Assembly: GCA_012295275.1 (NCBI GenBank)
Contig: CM022667.1
Location: forward strand, 806,001-870,000
Direction: 5' to 3'
Length of the DNA: 64,000 nt
DNA from: Chrysomallon squamiferum
Taxonomy: Eukaryota; Animalia; Mollusca
Positions 56,640 through 64,000 of this stretch are shown here, piece by piece. The first letter of the stretch is position 1; each line of letters begins with the position of its first letter. The notes under the pieces are model-generated. The model saw only the letters and a program-made list of their open reading frames with translations. It was not told the DNA's origin and searched no databases. The position numbers and the translations under genes were made by a program.

Positions 56640-57659
56640 TAGTGTGTGTGTTTTTTTGTGTTTTTTACTCATCCTTCTTTTTTCAACTCAGCTTATTTAC
56701 TTCTTTTTTAACAAACCAGTATACACAGTAATATTTTTATTTCTGTTTCTCTCGCTCTCTCTTTATCTATCTATCTATCTATATATGTGTATATATATAT
56801 ATGTATTTTTAAAATTCTGCATAAGGTCACTCTGTTTAATCTGGTTTACTGAATTGCTATGATGTTTAAATGAAAGATTTAGCTTATGACATAGGATTTA
56901 CGTCTTGGTTTTCATCTTGTCCGAGTTACCTGTCTTACCTATGTAAAATTAACTGTAACAACGTACTTGCCAGATATATGACATTTGTTTCCTATTTAAA
57001 GTATATATATATCAACAATGTATGAACAAAATGATTAATCTAAATACTAGTTTTATTTATTATTGGAAGAAACATACTATAGGTAATAATTATAACAAGC
57101 ACTTGAGCAGAACTTCATAGATATCAAAATCATTTTTTTTTTTCCTAAGGCATTATTACACAAATACAGTAAAATTAACAAACAACAACAACAGTCCTTC
57201 CCAATTAATAAACTTAAAAGGAAAAAGAAAAGAAGAAAAATGCATACAGAGTTCATAACCACATTGCCCTGATTTCTTTATTGGATATTTCAAAAACATT
57301 TCAAAGAAATGACTTCATACAATTACTCAGTCTCTGATTTACGATATAGATAAAAAGGAAATGAATAAAGTCTGCTTAAAGTCTGCATTTTTGTTTTATC
57401 ACCAAGCATGAATTTCACGAATTTTGAGTGACTAGATCATTAGATTTAATCTGTGTAGCTTTTTCGTTTGTATTCACTACTATTACTACTACTACTAATA
57501 ATAATAATATAAGAAGAAGAAAATACTGGCAGCAGAAAAATAACTGCAGTTGCTAATAGTTTTGTCGACTTCTGTTACGTATCTTGAAAAACAAAATCAG
57601 ATTATCTATTAATTCTTATTTTCTCATTTCAGTTTCTTGTTTTATTTTTTTTTAACAGC

Positions 57660-59365
57660 ATGGCGGGGAGGGTGGCCTTGTTCTTCCTTGTGGTTGTCAT
57701 GGCGATGCATGCCGGCGTCACTCTTCGTTTTGACGACGGTTGCATAATTTCGCCATTATCCAGGAGCCACAGGAACCTCGTCAACCTGTACTCCGCCAGC
57801 TTCCAGGCAAGTCCCGATCCGGTCCAGGGAATTCACCTGTCTCTGGCGGGCAGTGCGGCAATGCGAGTCGTCTGGCTAAATCCCACGCCGTTCCGGAACG
57901 GACCTTTCTCTCCGGAGTGCATATACGGACTGAAGCCGTACATACTGAACAAGTCGGCGGCTGGGATTTCCTACACGTACAGAGGAGGGTATTTCAACCT
58001 CACCCTGAACACCGTTCTACTGCAGCTGGGCGAGCTTACAGCAGTCAACAAAACCTTCTTCTACCAGTGTGGGGACAAGAACTACGGCTGGAGTAGGATC
58101 AACAGTTTCACCCAGCAACAGTGGGGCGTGACGAAGCTAATGGGATCGCACGGCAGCGGGACGGAGTGCCACAAAAAGGCAAACTGTTTCTTCGATTCGA
58201 AGGCACCGATCATCGGCGCTGTTGGCGATCTGAGCATCATCGAGGGCAGATACACGATCGCGTCCCTGTCCGAGCTGGCCCGATCCAAAAGCATGCAGTT
58301 GCTCATTCACGCCGGCGACATCACGTACGCCGACACGTTCGGCGGCAAAACGCAGAACAACAGCTTCGCGTGGGTCGACTACATGAACAAAATCGAGCCG
58401 ATCGTCAGCCGCCTGCCGTACATGCCGTCGCCGGGAAACCACGAGTCCGAGTTCGACTTCGCCGCCTACCTCAACTGGCTGAAGGTACCGTTCAAAGAGA
58501 GCGGCTCCTCCTCGCCTTTCTGGTACTCCTTCGACTACCTGGGCGTCCATTTCCTCGCCTTCTCCACGGAGCACGATTTCAGCCAGAACTCGGACCAGTA
58601 CCGCTGGATAAAAGCCGATCTGAGCGCAGCCAATGAAAACAGGTTTGCCGTTCCGTGGATTTTCGTCTTCGGGCACCGACCGCTGTACTGTACCAGCGTC
58701 GAATGCAAGATACGTTGCGAGGTACAGGCTCCCGAGCTTCGGTCGTATCTGGAGGACTTGTTGTACCATCAGCAGGTCGATGTGTTCATGTCGGGTCACA
58801 ATCACCAGTACGAGAGGTCACTTCCGGTGTACAAGGAGCAAGCGCTTCAACCAGATTACAACAATCCTCAAGCACCAGTTTACATTGTCAACGGCGGTGC
58901 TGGTAAGTTGTTGTTGTTGTTGTTGTTGTTAGTGGTAGCAGTAATAAAAACGGTCATATTAGTTTTAATAGTTGTTGTAAAGTAGTAATAAAAAGAGTTC
59001 CAGGTTAGTCATAGTAGCTGTAGAAGCAGCAACAGTAGTAGTAACAGTAATAATAATAATAGTAGTGGTAATAGTAGTACATTAAAGGTAAAAGCTATAG
59101 GAACAGTAGTAATAGGTTGAATAAATAAGTAGATACTAGATAACTGAAATAAAAAAGTAGTAGTAATCCTTCTTTTATAGTAGTAGTAGTTGTAGTTCTT
59201 GAAGTAGTTATTCTTGTTATGGTTGTATTAATACTAGTACTAGTAGTAGCGGTAGTAGTTGTTGTAGGTTTTTTCTTTTTCTTTTTTATAGTAGTAGTAG
59301 TAGTAATTGCTGTTGTTGTTGTCCTTTTCCTCTTCCTGCTCCTCCTCCTCCTCAAGCTTCTTCTT

Positions 59366-59396
<31 letters not shown>

Positions 59397-59647
59397 TTAT
59401 TATTATTATTATTATTATTACGTTAGTAGCAGTAACATTAGCTGTGGTTATTATGTTTGTAGGTAATCCAAGTTTCAATGATCCGACCTTTGAACCCAAA
59501 GTGCCGTGGCGTGCCTATGATGAACCAACATTTGAAACTGGTTATTTGCTTTTTCAAGCAACTCGAACTGAACTTCGGTTTCAGTACATGGCCAGCAAAT
59601 CTGGCCGAGTTTTAGATAGATTCATCATCACCAAAACACGATATTGA
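57660..59647 (+). CDS. Secreted purple acid phosphatase (ACP7/PAPL-like calcineurin-type metallophosphoesterase), 2 coding exons, ~475 aa
   Basis: Exon 57660-58902 (G|GTAAGT) joins 59463-59647 (TTTGTAG|GT) to give VNGGAGNP. Signal peptide MAGRVALFFLVVVMAMHAG. FN3-like PAP N-domain (PVQGIHLSL..MRVVW). Metal motifs GDLS, GDITY, GNHE, VFGH, GHNH. Also YSFDYLGVHF and APVYIVNG. Confidence 0.93.
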
Positions 59648-59654
59648 AAAAAAT

Positions 59655-59915
59655 AATGTAATTGCTATTCAAAATGAATAAAAGTAATGTAATTAGTATT
59701 TAAAATTGAAGAAAAAGTGTAATTAGTATTTAAAATTGAAGAAAAAGTGTAATTAGTATTTAAAATGAATAATAATAAAGTAATTAGTATTTAAAATGAA
59801 TAATAATAATATAATTTGTATTTAAAATTAAAAAATAATGTAATTAGTATATAAAATGAAGAAAGATAACGTAATTAGTATTTAAAATGATGAAAAACAA
59901 TGTAATTAGTATTTA
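59655..59915. repeat. ~29-31 bp AT-rich tandem repeat just after the phosphatase stop codon
   Basis: GTAATTAGTATTTAAAAT(G/T)(G)AA unit repeated about 9 times. Confidence 0.85.
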
Positions 59916-60546
59916 AAAAAAAAAAAAATAAAACGAAAATAAAATAAATTTAAAAAATGAAACACCAGCAGTTAAAGAAAACATCAAACAAGCAAAAAAA
60001 TAAAAGAAAAAATTTTTTTTTTTTTTTAAAAATTGTTAAAGTGGAGAAAAAAGAGATTATTATCAAATCATGATAAAAAAAATTAAATTTTCCATTGGAA
60101 ATAAAGCATATATCTATTAATGCTTTAATTTTAATCAGTTAAAAATACATCATCTAATTGTTAATTAGAGTAGGTCAATAATTATAAATAATTTGTAAGA
60201 AAATTCGAAAAGAATTATTTAAAATACTTCTTCTTTTTTTCTTCTTCTTCCTCTTCTTCTTCTTCTTATTATTGTTATTATTATTGTTGTTATTATTATT
60301 ATGACTGTATCATTATTTTTTGTCTGTCTTACTAAATTAATATTTAAATGAGTGAAAAATATAATGATACAGAAAAAAAAAAAAAGGTTTGGTCTACAGT
60401 AAATACGTTTTATATAGATATATAAAAATTTATCATACATTGTGTGTATATAATTAATTTATTCAATACATTGTTATTTAGATTATCTTTATAATTATTG
60501 CGTATTCCTGAAATAAATATTTTTGAATTTACTTAATAACTTTTGT

Positions 60547-60578
<32 letters not shown>

Positions 60579-61539
60579 CTATATATATACTGGTGCTTTA
60601 GAAAGAAAAAACTTTTAGGCATTTCCCTTTATGGAAAAAAAAAAAAAAGAAGAAAAATGTAGAGCACCACAAAACAAAACTGATTAATTTTCTGTTATTA
60701 GGACTCAATATTAAAGGTTCTAAATATTTCTCAATATGTTACAATCTTCGCAGAAAATCTATTTTATTTTCATTTTTATATTTTTTTATATTTTTTATTG
60801 ATTTATTTATTATGTTATTATTATTTTTTATTATTATTATTAGTATCCAAAATGGTGTGTTACGTGTACCTAACTACAGACAGGAATGAAGAAACTATTA
60901 TCATTAATAACACTGACAGAGCAGTGACCAGAATGGGAATTAGCCGATGTGGAGCTCCGACAAGGACCGGTCCTGCAACGTTCCCTTCTTTATGAAAATG
61001 ATTTTGAAACGAAAACAAAATAATTTTTCTTTCTTTCTTTCTCTCGCTGCTAAAACGAGTCTGATGAGCTTTCATCTGTTAAACATAAAATATCGTGATT
61101 AGTGTTAATAGAATTTGTTTGCTGATAAATCAAAAATAAAGTAATGCTATAACTATAATTACTATTCAGGGAATAAATAAAATAAAGAAGGGAAGTAATT
61201 TGCCTTTTAGTAACAATCATTTAATGGAGTTATTTACCTTGGTTACGGAACGGCTGCGTTGAAATGATATATCTTTTTATTAATCAGTGCTGATTTTCTG
61301 AAATACACGCTGATTTACTCTCATCTAATATTAAGGTTATTTTATAAAGGAAACTATTTTTTTTTGCATGATTTTCGAAGAAACAATAACTCTGAAACCA
61401 AATATGACTTCTTTTGGTTTTTCATCAAAAATTGATTTAGATTTTATGGTAAATATGCTAATGTTAATATTCACCAAACAGAATATAATTTATCTTCTTT
61501 TTTTTTCTTCTTTTTCAAATACAGTTTTTCTTCGTTAGT

Positions 61540-61629
<90 letters not shown>

Positions 61630-62975
61630 TACATAAATATATATATGCACAAACAAGTCTGTATCTTAAGTGTTTGAAATATGAAATACGTCGGAATTTC
61701 TGCGATGGATGAAATTAATCGACCGATCATGAAGTAAGCTGGTGTACTCCCTAAATAAAAAAGAAAAGACAATGAAAGCTTTTAGCTACAATATATGCAC
61801 AACTGCACAAATGCTTACACAATAATAATAATAATAACAACAACAACAACAACAAAAAAATAAAGAAAACAGAATAAAAAATAATATTACAGGCCTACCA
61901 ATAAAACCAAAACACAAAAAAAAAAAAAAAAATAAAAAAAAAAGAAGAAGAAATGAAGAAAAAAAATGGTATGAAGTAAATAAATGTACCGGTCAAAACC
62001 ATTTTTTTTTTTTTTTTTTTTGTGTGAAAAAGTCTGGAATTATATAATAATGTGTAATTACGGTCGTCATAGAGATGCTAACGACGATCTCCTAACATAT
62101 TGTTTACGTCATAGAAGAGGTGCTGAAAAATGATTACTTACATGTCATGACGTGTTATTTTGTCATAACTATTTGTCGTATGACTGTGGTGCAAGAAAAA
62201 AATAAAGAATAAAAGGAATAACGATGGTGATGACGATGATGATGATGATGATAATAATAATAATTTACATTTTAAATAAAATATAGTCATACTCCTATTT
62301 AAAAACTATTTACTTATATTATTGTTATTATTATTATTTATTATTATGATTATTTAGTTAGTAGTGGTAGTATAACGATAAGGCAAATAATTAAAATGTT
62401 TTTTTCTAAACTTTTCAAATTTATGAGCTTAAGAGAAAACAGTTTCATTATCAGTAGTAGTAGTAGTAGTAGTAGTAGTAGCAGCAGCTGTAATTGTTGT
62501 AAGTAACTGTCATATTAGTAGTCGATATTTTAACAGCGCTAATAATAAACTAAACTAATATAAAATGTCATGGCTGAACAAACAATTCATCATTTAAATC
62601 CTTTATTTATTGCATTACCAGTTTTCTGAAGGTTAATCGCAGAATCAAATTAAAAAATAAATATATAAAAATAATTTACAAATGTATTATAAGAAGAGCG
62701 AAAGTTTCATTACAAAGATAATTTGAGATATTGAATTAATTCTTTCAAAAATAAGAATTTACCTAATTGACCGCTTTTTTTTTTTTTTATAAATTCTTTT
62801 CCTTAGTTATTATTATTATTATTATTAATAGAAAATTATTTTTAAGAGAAATAAAAAAAAAAAAAAAAAAAAAAAAATAAAAAAAAAATAAAAAGGGTTG
62901 TTTAACTGTAATCATCTCTGGATTAATGTAAAACATATTCAGCGCTTTATGAACTTTGACCTTCTTTCTAACTGC

Positions 62976-63091
62976 TTATCCAGCGAAAAGCAGTTCACTT
63001 TCCTGTACGCTTTCATTTACAAATTTCGAGATGGTGGTTTCCCCATCTCTGTTACGTTTGTTCTCTTCAAAAAGCTGACCCGGAGCATTTC
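62976..63091 (-). CDS. Possible terminal coding exon of a gene entering from beyond the window
   Basis: Good acceptor TTTTCCTCCTTCAACAG at 63092-63108 (minus strand). Complex, higher-GC sequence reads (G)NAPGQLFEENKRNRDGETTISKFVNESVQESELLFAG* in phase 1. No recognisable domain. Confidence 0.4.
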
Positions 63092-63457
63092 CTGTTGAAG
63101 GAGGAAAATATTTGCATCATATTCATTTTCAAGAACGAGATATTTCCTTACAAAAGAAGGATGATAACGAGAACTCATTATGTTCTCGTTTGCAAATACT
63201 TTATTAAATAATTGAGGGCGGGTCTACGTATCTTTGTGTAGTGGGATTTGTAGTATGTGTGATGGTGTATCAGTGCTGCTATGTAATAGAGTGCGTGCGC
63301 GTGCACGTGAGTGGGGTGTGTCGGTGAGTGGGTGTGTGAGTGTGCGTATGGATGGATATGCGCGTGCGTGTGTATAGTAGATAAGAGAGAAAGAGAATTA
63401 AAAAAACCACTAGATTTAGGATATCTTAATGGTATAATAATAATAATAATAATAATA

Positions 63458-63494
<37 letters not shown>

Positions 63495-63929
63495 CAATAA
63501 TAATTATATAACAACAACAGCAACAACAACAATATTAATAATAACAACAATAACAATTATGACAATAAAAGCAATTTTCTTACTACTACTACTAATAATA
63601 ACTGTAATGTAACACGATATTGTGTAAAATCAGCATGTTTATTTTTAAAAGGGTCGTTAAAAAGTCCTTACTGTTTCGTAGATATTTACAGCATTTTAAT
63701 TCTCAATATAACTTAATTCGCGAACACAACAAACCAAATTAACCAGTCACAATGAACTAATCAGAGCATCCTTAACTGTAGGCATTATTCGTGTACAATG
63801 GACATTAATTATTATATTGTAAAGACTGCAGGCAACACTTCTTTCCTTAACATTTTAATTTGTCCTTGTTAATATACAACCCCCCTATACAATATTTAGG
63901 TTTGATCATCTTTGTGTGAAAAACAATTA

Positions 63930-64000
<71 letters not shown>

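Noticed and set aside
57740-58932. Long overlapping and antisense ORFs over the phosphatase exon (up to 222 aa)
   Set aside because: These are expected shadows of a high-GC3 coding exon and show no independent motifs.
59645-59700. Phosphatase TGA stop as selenocysteine or readthrough
   Set aside because: The protein is complete at this point. Downstream is an AT-rich tandem repeat with no SECIS-like hairpin or readthrough context.

Overview
This is AT-rich, microsatellite-laden eukaryotic genomic DNA with spliceosomal introns. It is probably from an invertebrate (mollusc-like by composition and repeat style; inference only). Four multi-exon genes can be assembled by hand. (1) NOB1 (minus strand, 9 exons, 5215-11567). 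(2) Head-to-head with it, a NEDD4-family C2-WW4-HECT E3 ligase of the WWP1/ITCH/Su(dx) group (plus, 19 coding exons, 14891-30312). (3) A NEK11-type NIMA kinase (plus, 38560-49407) with a U12-type last intron and a frameshifted, garbled exon 12. (4) A GC- and CpG-rich, nearly intronless secreted purple acid phosphatase (plus, 57660-59647). Possible terminal exons of a fifth gene lie on the minus strand near 61-63 kb. Unusual observations include: an identical 3-codon stop-start uORF at the start codons of two neighbouring genes; repeated tandem duplications that copy splice sites (NOB1 exon 4 acceptor x3, three WWP sites, NEK11 exon 12 donor); a near-perfect ~350-bp inverted repeat pair bracketing the NEK11 promoter and kinase exons; and Tigger4/MER46-like MITEs. 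Most ORFs in the supplied track are microsatellite artefacts. No clearly new biological system is proven from sequence alone.
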